A stretch of DNA of 64,000 bases from the human T2T-CHM13v2.0 reference genome, Homo sapiens (GCF_009914755.1 NC_060932.1), one strand, 5' to 3'. Shown: positions 1 through 14,100, numbered from the stretch's first letter. The notes: generated from the letters alone by a model not told the origin. Made by a program: numbers and translations.

Positions 1-560
<560 letters not shown>

Positions 561-1116
561 TAAGTGACTATTTTGATACCAGCAACTTTCACAGGGGTTT
601 TTGGCTGTCTTTGGATTGATTTGTAATGCGCCCACCCTGTGTTCAGACAGAGATTCTGTGACACCTGCTGCCACTCACTTGCCGTGGAGCCCGTCCGTGG
701 CAGTGTCCCGAGTGCTGCATAGGAAAGGCCTGGGTGCTGAGCACGGGCACACGCCTTGGAGGACGGTGTGGACACGGTCACGTGTGCACTCCTCCACATC
801 CCATTGACACTGGGTCCTACAGACTCTCCTGCTGCTCACTTCTCTCATCCTTCACACCTTCCGCTGGTCCAAACTGCTGTCACCTGCTCCCTGGTCCACA
901 GCCACCTTCCCCCTGCACTCACTCACTCCTGACTAGTATCGAGCCAGGTGTACACCAGGCAGTCCTGAGTCAATCCACTCTCCTGGGGAGGCATTCAGTA
1001 AATGCGTAAAGCAATACATCAATAATAGAGGTGATGCATGCTCTGGGAACAGGGGAGCAGAGAGAAGGTGGTACTGCCTTGCAATCTCCCCACCCAGACC
1101 TTGGCCTCATAGTTGA

Positions 1117-1894
<778 letters not shown>

Positions 1895-3476
1895 TCACTG
1901 GGGCCGCTGCCTGTAACCCCCAGTACACTCCTGCAGGAGGCACTGTGATTTCCTTCCCATCCCAGCAGGGAAACTGAGGCTCAGTCCCAGTGTGATGCAG
2001 AAGCAGCCGTTGAGCACGGCTGTCCACGGGCCCTCACTCTTGCGCTGAACCTCAATGGTGTCTTCCTGCCCCCCACAACTGTGCATATTACTCGTTTGCC
2101 TAGAAGGCTCAGGAGCCAAGAACCTCCAGCTGGGGAGAGACAGGCGCATCCCAGGCACGTCCCAGGCAACAGGGGTGCTGAGCGCAGGCTCTGGGAGCAC
2201 TTAGCAGAGGTTGACGTCACATTAACCGGGCCCGGTCCTGAGTCCAGCCCCAAGACTGGTACCCTGCGCCTGGAGCCTTCCCCGAGGGGTGGTGCCTGAA
2301 CAGCTTGTGTGGGCAAGGAGTAGGGAAGAGTATTCCCTGCAGGTTGGGGACCACCACGTCAGCCATCTGGGACACAGCAGGACATAGCTGGAAGAGGGGT
2401 GCAGGGACAGATGGGGGGACACTGGAGGGTGGCCCTCCCCCAAGTGTTGGAGCAGCGGAAACTGCAGGAGGAGCTTGGGCAGGGGATAGCCCACCCAACT
2501 CCACTTTAGACCCGTGGCTCTGTGGGCCTGTGCAGAGAGCGGGCAGGGCCAAGCCTGGAGGCAGGGGCAGCTGCACCTGTGACAGGCTGCAAGACTGGCA
2601 GGGCCCAGTGCAAAATGAAAATAATTCAAAACTTAGAACTTCAGGATGGTGCCAACAGCGCATTGAGCTGGGCACTGGGCTTCCCACAACTGCCCAGGTC
2701 ACACATCCAGGGGGCAGCGGCAGGCTGAGTGGGAGGGGCTGCCTTCATGATTACATGCCTTAGGGCGGGAGCCAGTCACTGCCTGGCTGGTGGGAGGACA
2801 CAGGGCATGAGGAAGTGAGTGGAAACTGACCCAGATGTGCTGGTTCCCAGGCCCTGGCCCTGGCCCCAGGCCCAGGAGGACGCAGATGGAGACAGGCCCC
2901 TCAGCGCTGGGGCCAACACTTGCCTGGGGTTGTCAGTTCAGTGATGGGGGAGGAAAGGGAGTCCCCTAGGGGGTGTGCAGGCTAGAGGGTGCTGAGGATG
3001 GAGGCCAGGGTAAGGAAGGGGGTGGCCTTCAGACGCTGAAAGGGAGCAGAGCACGGAGCCAGGAGGAGGCCTGGGAAAGACCCCAGACTCCTGGGTCAGG
3101 GGACCCTGTGCACCTCCAGATGCCTAGCCACGCCCCCTGCCCTCAGTCCCTGGAGGCCTCAGCCCAGTTGCACTCCCTGGTGGTGCGTGGAGCAGACGAC
3201 AGGGTTGGGGCATCCTCTTCCACCCTGTGGCTGAGGCCCTACTGGGGAGCTTTGAGAGCCACCTGCCCTGCCCGGATCAGGCCTTGGAGACCTGTCAGGC
3301 TCTGCCCACTGGGTTCCCCTGTCCTAGATTCTTGAGGTCTGTCGCAGAACCTCCCCACCGCACACCCCTCGGATCCTGGCCATCTCACAGCCTCACCTGC
3401 CCCTCGGTCTTCCCCTTACCTGCCTGTGTGTGGAGGTGTGGCAAGGGAGGGTCCCTGATGGCCGCTGTCCCCACAG

Positions 3477-3806
3477 GCTTCCCTGAACCCCAGTGACCAC
3501 AAGCTGGATGAGAAGCTGTGCCAGAGGCTCACACAGCGCTATGTGAGCGTCATGAACAGGCTGCAGAGTCTGGGCTACAACGGGCGGGTGCACCCTGCGC
3601 TGACCGAGCAGCTGGTGAACGCTTATGGCATCCTGCGAGAGCGCCCGGAGCTGGCGGCGTCTGAGGGCGGCCCCTACACCGTGGACTTCCTGCAGCGTGT
3701 GGTGGTGGAGACCGTGCACCCCGGCATGCTCGCCGACGCGCTGCTGCTGCTCTCCTGCCTCAGCCAGCTGGCGCACGATGACGGCAAGCCCATGTTCATC
3801 TGGTGA
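3477..3806 (+). CDS. SPATC1: Speriolin (spermatogenesis and centriole associated 1), last coding exon; upstream exons lie outside the window
   Basis: Acceptor ccacag at 3471-3476; reads ASLNPSDHKLDEKLCQRLTQRYVSVMNRLQSLGYNG...HDDGKPMFIW*, the speriolin C-terminal domain; TGA 3804-3806. Confidence 0.95.
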   Translation, partial: ASLNPSDHKLDEKLCQRLTQRYVSVMNRLQSLGYNGRVHPALTEQLVNAYGILRERPELAASEGGPYTVDFLQRVVVETVHPGMLADALLLLSCLSQLAHDDGKPMFIW

Positions 3807-3859
3807 CGCTGGAGCTGGGAGGTCCAGGCTCGCTCAGCCCCACAGCCCTGTGCACGGCC

Positions 3860-3865
3860 ATTAAA
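3860..3865 (+). terminator. SPATC1: Poly(A) signal ATTAAA of SPATC1
   Basis: ATTAAA about 54 nt after the stop codon. Confidence 0.75.
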
Positions 3866-5928
3866 GCTTCCCACAGACACTGGTCGCTGGGCCTGTGCCA
3901 GCGCTCCTGGGTGGTGCTGCCTCCTCTGGGGTGGCTCACCGGGCCCCGGCACCGTGCCCCTTCAGCCCTGTCTGCCCTGGAGGTCAATGCCCATACCGGA
4001 CCCTCTTCAAGAGCCCGAGAGGCCAAGGCTCAGCAGTGGTCTGCGAGGGGTTGGTCTGAAGGCCCCCAGGCTTCCCTCCCACGGCACTAAGAGCAGTGGG
4101 AGCTCCTGGGACTGGGATGGGGAAGGGTAGGAACCAGGAAGGGGTGGAGCAGGGAGGAAAGGGCCGTGGCTCTGTGCCTGCCGCAGTGGTGAGGGGCACG
4201 GAGTTGGCAGAGGTGGGAGGAGACAAGGATGTAGGTGTGTGATCCCTGCCCCCATACTAGGCCGGGGCTGGGTGAGGGGCGGGGAGGGGGGGCGGTCTTC
4301 CAGGCCTTGAGGACAAGAGGACATTCAAGGCAGAAGAGCCGGGAGAAAGCAGTCTCACCCCAACCTGGGCATGGGGCAGCCCAGCGAAGTGCTGGCCCCT
4401 TCCCAAGACACCCAAGGCCATCCCACACGTCCTGGAGACTTTGAGAGGGATTGAGAGCTGGCAAGGGCAGACCCCACCTGCTGCAGGAGCTGAGGAGCAC
4501 AAGCAGGATTTGGGGGCAGGCCAGGGGCCTCCCACAGTGCACTGAGGGCAGATGGGGTGCTGGGAAGGGCTTGTGGAGAGTGCAGGAAGCTGAGGGGGCC
4601 GGCCAGGATAGGAAGTCCCTGGGGAGGAAGACATGGGAAGAGAGAAGTGCAGTGTGGGAAAGCCCAGAGGGGCTGTGGCCACAGGGTGAGACAGGAGCAA
4701 GCCTGCATGCAGGAAGGCAACGAGGCCGGCTGTGATGGGAGGGGGATTAGAACCCCAACTGAGGAGGGTCCTGGAGCACCAGTGCTTGCCAGCCAGAGAG
4801 GATGGCAGAAGGCAACAGTGGACCCACAGGGTCTGAGTTCCAATGGGAATCTTTCAGCAACCAGCAAGGAGTCCGGGGCTGGAGAGGGTATGCAAAGTGT
4901 CCGGCCCTCCGGGGATGCCTGGGCTGCTGAGCTTCCTGCCTCTGCCCTCCCCATTCCCAGACCTCCAGGGAATCCAGCCAGACACCAGCCTCTTAGTCCC
5001 TGGGAAGGGCAGGGAAGAGCTCCTGCCAGAAGCCCCTCCACCTCCCTGCCAGCCAGCAGGAAGGGCAGCCCTGACCCAAACTCCCAGAGCTATTTAAGAG
5101 ACGCTTGCACCCAGCTGACGGCGGGAGTGTGTGGTAGTTCACAGGCCCAATTAGAAAGATGGGAGGCGAGCAGAGCCTGGGAGCTACCGGCCGCCCTGTC
5201 CTGGGAGCTCCTGAGGGGATGCCAGAGGGCTCCACGAATGGGGAAACGCTTCTGTCGCGTGCCCCGGCAGAGCTGCGCGCAGGGCAGAACCAAAGGTCCC
5301 TCCCCCTAGATTGGAAGCTCCATGGGGTAGGGCCACAAGGCCGTCACCACTGCGGGCTGGCCTTTTGGGGGACTTTGCGGGGCGCTGGGCGGGAGTCCAT
5401 CCCTCCTCAGGTGTCAGGTCTTTGAACTCAGGCGCCCGACACCGCGGGGCCGCAGAGCCACAGAGAGACGCCTAGGGGGTGGGGTGGATTCTGCCGCCCG
5501 GGCAGCTGGAGTGCGCGGCCTATTCCATGCTGACCTGCGTGGGGGCGGGTACAGGGGAGCCGGAGGCAGCGCACACTGTTCGCTCCTCACCAGCGCTGCG
5601 CCGCCCGCACTCAAGGCAGGTCGTCCTCCACGTGCCGCTGGCTGCATCCCGATCCCGCTTGCGTCGGGCGGGGCTCAGAGGTTCCCGGTGCGACCTTCGC
5701 GGGTGGATGGGGCGGGACGAGGAGGATCCAGGGTGGGGATTTGAGATCAGGTCCCTTTCGGGTTTTCTTTTTGAAGCGCCCCTCTGCCTCCGCCCGCGCC
5801 TCCGCCAGGCTCGCTGCGTCAGCACCTCACCGGCTTTGCACACAGGCTGTGCCACGCGGCCTTCACCCCTGTGACTCCCCGCAGCTCGCGCGGATGCACC
5901 GACGAGTCAGCTTGTCCTCTGGAAGCCA

Positions 5929-8056
5929 ATGAGTCTCCCCGGCGCCCCGTGGCCGAAGAGCTAGGTGTACCATGCAATCCCCGCCCGACTGGTCCCCGGC
6001 GACCGACGCCCCGCGGCCCTCGCCCTTCCCGCCCCCGGCGCTGCACGCCCTCCACGGCTTGGCCCGCGCGCTGCTGTTCCCGGCCTACTGGGCCCTGCAC
6101 CAGCTGCAGGGTGGCTGAGGAGGGCGGCGGGCGGCGGGCGGCGCTGCTGCTGCTGCTGCTGGTGGTCGGCCCGCCCCTGGCGCTGCCCGGCCTGCCGCTC
6201 TGGCTGGTGCCGCAGGTTTGGCGCCGCCCCTTCTGCTACCGCTCCCCTCCGCTGTGCTGGGCGCCGCCCGCGCTCTGGCGCCCGCCTGCCGAACCCGGGC
6301 GCTGCTTCGTCTTCCTCACCGCCAATCTGTGCCTGCTCCCCGACGGGCAAGCGCGCTTCGGCAACCTACCGCACAGCCAGCGACCGGCCGAGGCCATTGG
6401 CGCCGCGCGGCCCGCGCTCTACAGGGCTACGGACTGCAGCCAGCCGTGGTCCAGGGCGCCGCGCGGGACGCTGGTGGCCTCGCTGCCCGTGGGTCTGGAC
6501 TTTGTGTGCCTGCAGGAGGTATTCGATCTGCGCAGGGCTCGTCGCTTGGTGAATCGCCTGGCGCCCAACCTGGGCCCGTTGCTGTACGACGTGGGCACGC
6601 TCGGCCTACAGCCCGGGCGGCACCTCAAGCTGCTGGACAGCGGGCTGCTGCTGGCCTCGCGCTACCCGCTGCTGCGCGCCACCTTCCGTTGCTTCCCCCA
6701 CGCACGTGGCGAGGACGCGCTGGCCTCCAAGGGACTACCGTCCGCACAGGTACTGGCCTATCCGGTGCAGCCCGCAGAGGGGGCGGGGGTTCGGCCGAGA
6801 AGGCGGAGAAAGCTGGAGCCGTCCGTGGTGTTGCAGGCGAGGCTGGGCAGCCTGGACGGGCGCCGCATCGTGGGATTCCTGCACTGCACGCATTTGCAAG
6901 CACTGGCTGGTGAGCCCTGCGGATGGGTCCTCGGAACAGGTCCCGCCTCTCCATAGCGGCTGCTGATCCCTACATTCGCCTGCACCCCGCCCCCCACCTC
7001 CCACCCTTTGTTCACTGCCCCCGGCACCGGAATTCCTGAGAAGTGCCTGTCGGGGCTCACAGATCAGGAACTGCGGAGACGGGAGCTGACTGCCCAGGAT
7101 GCGGGTCCGAATCTGGAGCCAAGCCCACCCCACCCCCCCCTCCCCCACGCAGAAGACGGGCCCTTGCGCAGCAAACAGCTGACGCCGCTGCTGGACTGGG
7201 CCGAGAAGTTTGGGGCCGAGAAGTTTGAGGCCGACAGAGAACAAAGTGGAGAGGTCGTGGCTTTCAGCGTGCTCCTGGGCGACCTAAACTTCGATAACTG
7301 CTGGAAAGGTCCAGCAGGAGAGGAGGGCGAGGAGGGGCGGAGCCAGGAGGCCCGGCCCCGCCCACCGCGCGCCCGCCTCTCTCTGCAGACCACCGGCTAG
7401 AGCAGGAGCACGAGCTCTTCCGCTGTTTCCAGGATCCCTGCCGGCTGGGCACGCGCCAAAAGCAGCCCTGGGCCCTGGGTATCGCGCTTGGGGGGAGGGT
7501 ACCCCCGCCGGCTGGGCACGCGCCAAGAGCAGCCCTGGGCCCTGGGTATCGTGCTTAGGGGGAGGGTATCGGAGCGGGAAGTGGACCTGGGGAGCGCCGT
7601 CGGCTGAGGCTCTGGCTGATGCCGCCCTCCCCCGGATCCCCCAGGGACCGCGCTGAGCACCTCCGTGCTCCACCAGTCCATGGCCTCCTCCCCCAAGATG
7701 CCGAGGCGGTGAGTTGCGACCTGGATGTAGGCACTGCCCGCCCGAAGCGCGCGGAGGGGCCCTGGCCTTGATGACACCGCCCCCCTACCAGGGCCCTGGA
7801 GCAGGAGAAAGGGCGCCACCTCTACCTGGCCGGCCTTCCCGGCAGAAGCCGCCGAGCTAAGCCCTGGAGAGGTCGGCGCCTGGACTACATCACGTACCGC
7901 GGAGTTCCCGGGTGGCTGGGCCTGCGGCACTGGGACGACCCTCAACCTGACTCCCGCCCCCAGGAGGTGGAGCAGGTGACGTTCAGTACCGCCCTGGAGG
8001 GGCTCACGGACCACCGGGCAGTGCGCCTGCAGCTCCGAGTCTCAGTGTCCTCCTAA
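5929..8056 (+). pseudogene. SMPD5: Sphingomyelin phosphodiesterase 5 (mitochondria-associated neutral sphingomyelinase), unitary pseudogene; exons 5929-6749, 6837-6909, 7153-7308, 7389-7478, 7645-7708, 7792-8056
   Basis: nSMase motifs FLTANLCL, DFVCLQEVFD, SGLLLASRYP, EDALASKG, LHCTHLQA, LLGDLNFDN, RRLDYITY, LTDH. ATG 5929 (MSLP) hits TAG at 5962-5964; the next homologous segment (5972 frame) stops at 6116-6118 and frameshifts into the 5871 frame. Confidence 0.9.
7436..7568 (+). repeat. 67-bp tandem duplication of the SMPD5 exon-4 3' end and its donor
   Basis: gccggctgggcacgcgccaa(a/g)agcagccctgggccctgggtatcg occurs at 7440 and 7507. Confidence 0.9.
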
Positions 8057-8160
8057 GGCAAGCACAGATGAGGGGCGCGCGGCTGGCGCGCACAGACACG
8101 ACTCGGAGCACGAACTAGGCGCCGTAGCTGCGTCCCCAGAACCGGGAGACTTAAGGCATC

Positions 8161-8166
8161 TTTATT
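8161..8166 (-). terminator. OPLAH: Poly(A) signal AATAAA of OPLAH
   Basis: tttatt on + strand, about 10 nt beyond the stop at 8176-8178. Confidence 0.85.
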
Positions 8167-8175
8167 GCGGGATCC

Positions 8176-11100
8176 TCACACGGCCTCCTGGGCCCGGCGA
8201 TACTCATAGACGCTGCCGTGCTCGGGAAAGGCCAGTGCTTGCGGGGGCGACCCCGGCGGTGGGGCGGGGTCCTCCGGGTCCCCATAGCCACCGCCGCCGG
8301 GCGTGTGGAGACAGAACACATCCTGTTGGCGCGGGGGGGGGGCGGGGAGGCGGGCTCAGTGCAGGCGTGGCCCCTCCCTGTCACCTGCGCAGTCCCCTCC
8401 CCACCGGGCAGCGTCCATCACCCGCCCCCATGGACCACGGAGGCCCGGTACGCGCCCCCTTTCCTTCCGGGGCCAAATTAAACTCGGCCTCTGGTCAGGT
8501 CTGCAACTGTTCCCCCTCTGTGGGATGGGGCCGGGAGGGGAGGGGAGGGGAGGGGGACAGGACAGGCCGCGGCCCTTACCCCGGGGTACACGGTCACCGA
8601 CGTCTTGCCGCCCAGATTCACCGTCCGGCCGTTTTTGCGGATCAGCAGGTTTAGGCCGCGGGCGCCAGGCTCGCCCCCTGCGGAGGGAGGCGAGGAGTCC
8701 AGAGAGACCAGGGGCGGGGGTGGGGGCGGGGGCGGGGAGGGCCGCGAGGGCTGGGGAACCGCGCACCGTGGAGCCCGTATGGCCGGAAGGCGCGGCGCTC
8801 GGTCAGCACTGACAGCAGCGCCTCCTCACGAAAGAGCAGCTCGCGGGTGACGCCGTCGCCGCCTCGGAAGCGGCCTCTGCCCCCCGAGCCCCGCCGCAGC
8901 TCGAAGCGGCGCAGGATGACCGGGTACCTGCGAGGGCGAGGACGAGGGCAAAGACTCAGCGTGGCCCGAGCCCCGGCTCCCACCCGGCCGTGCCCCCAGC
9001 CTCCGCGCACGCCGCTCACCGGCTCTCCAGGATCTCAGGGTCGGTGATGCGTGTGTTGGTCATGTGGCTGTGCACACCGCTGCGCCCGTGCCAGCTGGGA
9101 CCCGCGCCCGCGCCGCCCGCCACCGTCTCGTAGTAGCCCATGTGGGCGTTGCCCAGGGTCACGTTGTTCATGCAGCCCTGGTGAGGGCACCTGGTCGCTG
9201 CGCTGGGCTGGGGCAGGGCGTCCCCACCTCGCCCTCCCGCTCCTACTCCAGCCTGCCCACCCAGTCCGCCCCCGAGCTGCGCCCACCCCGCCCCCGCACC
9301 TGGGAGGCGGCGCAGGCCCCAAAGGCCCCCAGGATGATATCCACCACGCGCTGCGACGTGAGCACGTTGCCGCCCACCACCGCCGCCTCGGGCGACGGGT
9401 CCAGGATGGAGCCTCGGGGAATGACCACGCGCACTGGCGCCAGGCAGCCCTGTGCGGGGCGGGCGGCTCTCAGGAGCTCTTGGGGTGGGCTCCGGGAGAA
9501 ACAGCACCCCACCCCCCGCCCCAGCACCCGTGGGGTCAGACCGTGGCTGGGCCCAGGAGGCGCACTCAGGGTGACCTCGGGCTGGGGCCCCCCCTCGCGC
9601 ACACACCCCTGCGAACCTGGTTGAGTGGGATGTCGCGGCCCACCAGACAGCGCAGGCAGTAGATGAGGGCGGACAGGGTTACGGCCCGCGGTGCGTTGAG
9701 ATTACCAAACACCTCCGGCCCAGTGCCGCTGAAGTCAAACACAGCGCTGCCCTGCGCGCCCCGAGGGAAGGGAGAGGCTGTCAGCGGCCGCACCGTGCCC
9801 CTGCCGCCTAGAGGCACTCTCCCCACGGCCCACCTGACTCAGGCTGATCTGCACACGGAGGCGGATGGGGGAACCGTCGTCCATGTGGTCTTCCGAGGAC
9901 ACCTCCAGGGGCAGGCCCCGGGCCTGCCGGGAGGTTCCAAAGGCACGCAACATGTCTCGCACGGCCAGCTCAGCGTTTGCCTGGCAGGGAGCAGGATCAG
10001 TGGTGGCCAGGTCACCTGCAGGATGGCCCTGCCGCCCACACTCCTGTGCCCAGGCCCACCTGAATATGGCCCATGTAGGCCTGCACCACGTCCAGGCCGT
10101 ACTGCCCAATGAGCTCCCCCACCAGCTGGATGCCCTTCTGGTTGGCTGCCACCTGGGCACGGAGGTCCGACAGGTTGTCGTGCAGGTTTCTGGTTCCGCT
10201 GCAGTTGGGGACCTTGCCTGGCGCCCGCAGGGCCTCCGTCACCGCTGGATGGACAGTGTCATCACTGAGCCCCTGGCCAACCCTGTCTGCACCCCCAACC
10301 CAGGTTTCCCAGATCCAGACAAGGTCTCTGGCCCCTAGAAAGCACCGAGGCCTGGCCTGGGACTGCTCAGCACCTCAGGAAAGCCCCTCTCCTTGAGCCT
10401 GGCTCAGGGTCCCCTCTGAGGCAGCCACAAGGCCCTCTGCAGTGTGCCTGTGCATGTCCCTCTGTGGTCCACAACCCCTGCCCCAGCTCACATTGACCAA
10501 GGGAGCAGCCAGCAATGGGCCACCCTATCTGTGTCCTCAACACCCAGAACAGCCTGTGGTTCCATTACACCCACCCTCTGCCACCACCCTCCACCCTGGC
10601 CACGCCACTTCCCCTGGGCTCCCAGACCTGCAGCCTCAGACCAGGGCTGTTTTTCCCTGTCTCTCCTACCCCCACCCCCACCACAGGCACCCCTGCAGCC
10701 TCCATCCCCCCTTCCCTGCAGCTGCTCAGTGCCAGGCCCTCCACCTCCAGCTGCCCAAACTTGACCCCTGGCCCCCTCTCCCAAATCCCTCCAAATACCC
10801 ACCTCCACCTCTAAAACTGTCCCCCACCCCCCGCCCTCGCTCTCCACTCAGCCCAAGACATCAGCATCATCCAGGGCAACTGCAGCTTCCCCCCACCTTG
10901 CCCCCCAGCCTCCAGGCCACTCTCAAGACCCCGAATCCTCTCTGCACGTGGGCACAGTGGGAGCTCAGCGCAGGCCCAGCTGAAAGCCCTTCACGGCCAC
11001 CCACCACCCAGTGACTCAGACCTAGGCCCAGAAAACTCTACAGGGGCCTTTGGGCCCTGCCCCTGCCCTGCTGTTTCTCTGCGGACCCCACCCAGTATGA

Positions 11101-14100
11101 CTGCACACACCACAAGCAGCCACCCACCTTGAAACAGGCTTCTCTCTCCAGCACCCTGACCCTCCACGTCTTGGCTAACTCTCCACCCGCAAAACCACCC
11201 CTCGGGAGGCCTTCCTGGGCCCAGGCTGAATTCATCTCAGCTCCCGGGATCCGATCTGCAGCTGCCCTTTGGGGTAACCACCTATCTCCTCCCAGCCTCA
11301 AGGCAGGCCTGGGCCTATGGGCTGCATCCCACGGTCCAGCCAGGCCTGCTTGCCAGCAGTGGCCATGTGTCCCAGCCTACAGAAGGCCTGCCCCACCCCA
11401 CTCCCACTCACCCTCCTCCTGGAAGACGCCCCCCTGGACAAGTTTGAAGGACAGAAAGACGGCACCCTCCTGTTGCAGCATGGTGGAGTGGGGGGGCATG
11501 GAGCCTGGTGTGATGCCCCCGATGTCTGCGTGGTGCCCTCGGCTGGCCACATAGAACACAGGCCGCGTCTGACCCGGCCAAAACACCTAGCGGGTGGAGA
11601 GCCACGGTCAGCTGCATCGGCCACCACTGCCCCAGCAGAGGCAGGCGGGCAGCACCCCTCACCGGTGTGATAACAGTCAGGTCTGGCAGGTGGCTGCCCC
11701 CGGCACTGGGATGGTTGCTCAGTAGCACGTCGCCAGGGTGGAGATCGGCCCCCAGGTGCTGAATCTGAAACCAGGAGATGGGTGCAGAGTGGGCACAGGG
11801 GAGCAGGGGCCAGAGCGGGGTGGGGGGGGGGTGGAGGGTGAGGGAGGGGGATGGAAGGGTGAGGCGGGGGAAGGGCCACCTGGAACTGCACCGTCTCCTG
11901 CATGGCACCCAGGTGCACAGGGATGTGGGGGGCATTGGACACCAGCCCCCCATCGGGCCCAAAGAGGGCACAGGAGAAGTCCAGACGCTCCTTGATGTTG
12001 GTGGAGATGGCTGTGCGCTGCAGGATGCGGCCCATCTGCTCTAGGAGCACAAAGTGACCAGGCCCGCTGGCCCCACCCACCCACAGCCTGGCCCCAGGAA
12101 AGGGAGGAACAGGACCCACCAGGACTCAAACCCAGGACCCAGGAAAAACCCAGCAGCTTTTTCCTGGGGAAGACCAAGTTGACGGTGTGCCCACTTGGCC
12201 ACGTCTTAGCCTATGTAAAGGACACCACCTTCCCCAGCCCTGCCTGGAGCCCCCAGCAAGAACCCAGTGCCACCCCTCGACCCTCCCACCCTGCCTGGCA
12301 CAGCAAGAACCTGGTTCCTAGGCTCTTGACCTCTGGGCTCCCAGCAAGCCGCTGGCCTGACCCTGCACAGATGGGTTCCCTGTGCTGTCCTCAGTATCCC
12401 TTCCTTAGCTAGGAGGGCACTCTCTGGATCACATGGCTGCAGGTAAGGGGGGAAGGTGTCCTCCCTGCCCAAGGTTTGTTCTCATGGCCAACTGCACCAC
12501 ACCAGTGCTGCGGCCACACTGCCCGCCCCGTCGCCAGGGGGTCCTGCTTCTGCCTCTCCCTTTGGGCACAGCCCTGCCAGCTACCCCATGACACAGCCGG
12601 CGCCTCATCCCACAGGGAGCCTGGCAGCGGCCACTCACCAGCAATGCTCATGAAGCGGTGTGAGAAGATGGACAGCTGGATAGGGTCCAGCTGGGGGCCC
12701 ACTGTGCCGGGGACTTCGGCCCCCACGGAGATGCAGATGTCCCCTGTCTTGGTCACCTCTGCCTGGCAACCTGGCTCCACCAGGATGGTGCTGGGGAGCA
12801 GAGGGCACAGAGGGCTGCATGGGGCCAGGCGACACCCCTCCAACCAGAAATGCCACGGCCCCAGGCCAGGGGCCACCCCAACGATGGTGGGATACAGAGT
12901 CCTGCAGGCCCCTGCAGCCTTGGGCCAGAGAACCCTGCACCAGGGGCCCCGCAGTGGACCCGTCCACATCCTCCACCCTGGCCGGACTTCAGCCCACCTG
13001 TTACTGTCGATGATGAGGCAGGGCCCATGGAGCTTGTGCCCATAGCCCAGCTCTGCCAGCAGGTACACAGGGGTCTCCTGGTAGCCCCCCTCAAAGTAGC
13101 ACTGGGTCATCTGCAGAGGGTGCGGGTGAGTACAGCGCCCGGGCCCAGCACCCTCCCCGATGCCTCTCACAGGGCTTGGTCCCCATCCCGGTGCCCCATG
13201 GGTGCTGTCAGGCTGGCACAGGCAGGACCACCAACCTTGTCCACCCGGGGAGGCCCGGTCTGGGCTTTGGGGGCATCCTCGAGGCGAAGACCACTGCGGC
13301 CGGTGCCCCGCACTCGCACATCGTCCACGACCACCGGCCGCTCAGGTATGACAAAGCCAAACTCCCTCATGTACCTGCACTCCCCGCGGGGACCCAAGGA
13401 GTGGTCAGAGTGAGGCGGCCAGACAGGAGGGCCCCTTGCCAGGGATCCGGAGTCAGGAAGCCACGTACCGCTCCACAAAGGCTGCCCCGAAGTCCCCCGC
13501 ACGGGGCGAGCGGGCTGTGGCTGGGTGCTGGTGGGCAGACACCATCAGAGCACAGTCCGTGCCCTGGTAGCGCAGGTGCAGGAAGCTCTCAGTGCTGATC
13601 TGGGACCTGCAGCAGGTGGTTGGGGGCACTCACACCAAACCCCCTGCCCTGACCCCACCCCACCCAGCGCCCGGCAAGGACACCTGTTCTGCTTCTCGCA
13701 CACCCCGGGACCACCTGGGAAGTCATCAGGAGGAACACCCACCAAGGGCGTGGTGAGGACAACGTAAGCCCTCTGTCCAGGGCACCCTGGGAGCCCACCT
13801 GGGGAAGCCCTGGGCCTGCAGAGCATCCACACACTGCTCCTCCAGGCGGCTCAGCCTCTGGTCCAGCTGCACGAAGGTCTCAGGCGCGTAGAGCAGGGAG
13901 CAGGGTTCCTGTGCCTCATGCACCACGTCAGCCAGGGCCAGCCCCAGGGCCGACAGCAGCCCACTGTGCCTGCAGGGATGGGCAGCATGGCAATGGGAGG
14001 TCACCTCCCAAGCCCGGCGCAGATCACACCACCTCCGTGCACCCACACCCAGGCCCACCTGTGGATGTGCACCGTGTCCATGCCCAGGGCCCGGGCGATG

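Larger units (their letters stand above)
5400..9900. promoter_or_regulatory. Large CpG island covering SMPD5 and the 3' exons of OPLAH
   Basis: Very high GC and CpG density across the interval; boundaries approximate. Confidence 0.85.

Noticed and set aside
4355-5309. 228- and 250-aa ORFs between SPATC1 and SMPD5
   Set aside because: No domain similarity or splice support; likely chance ORFs in GC-rich sequence
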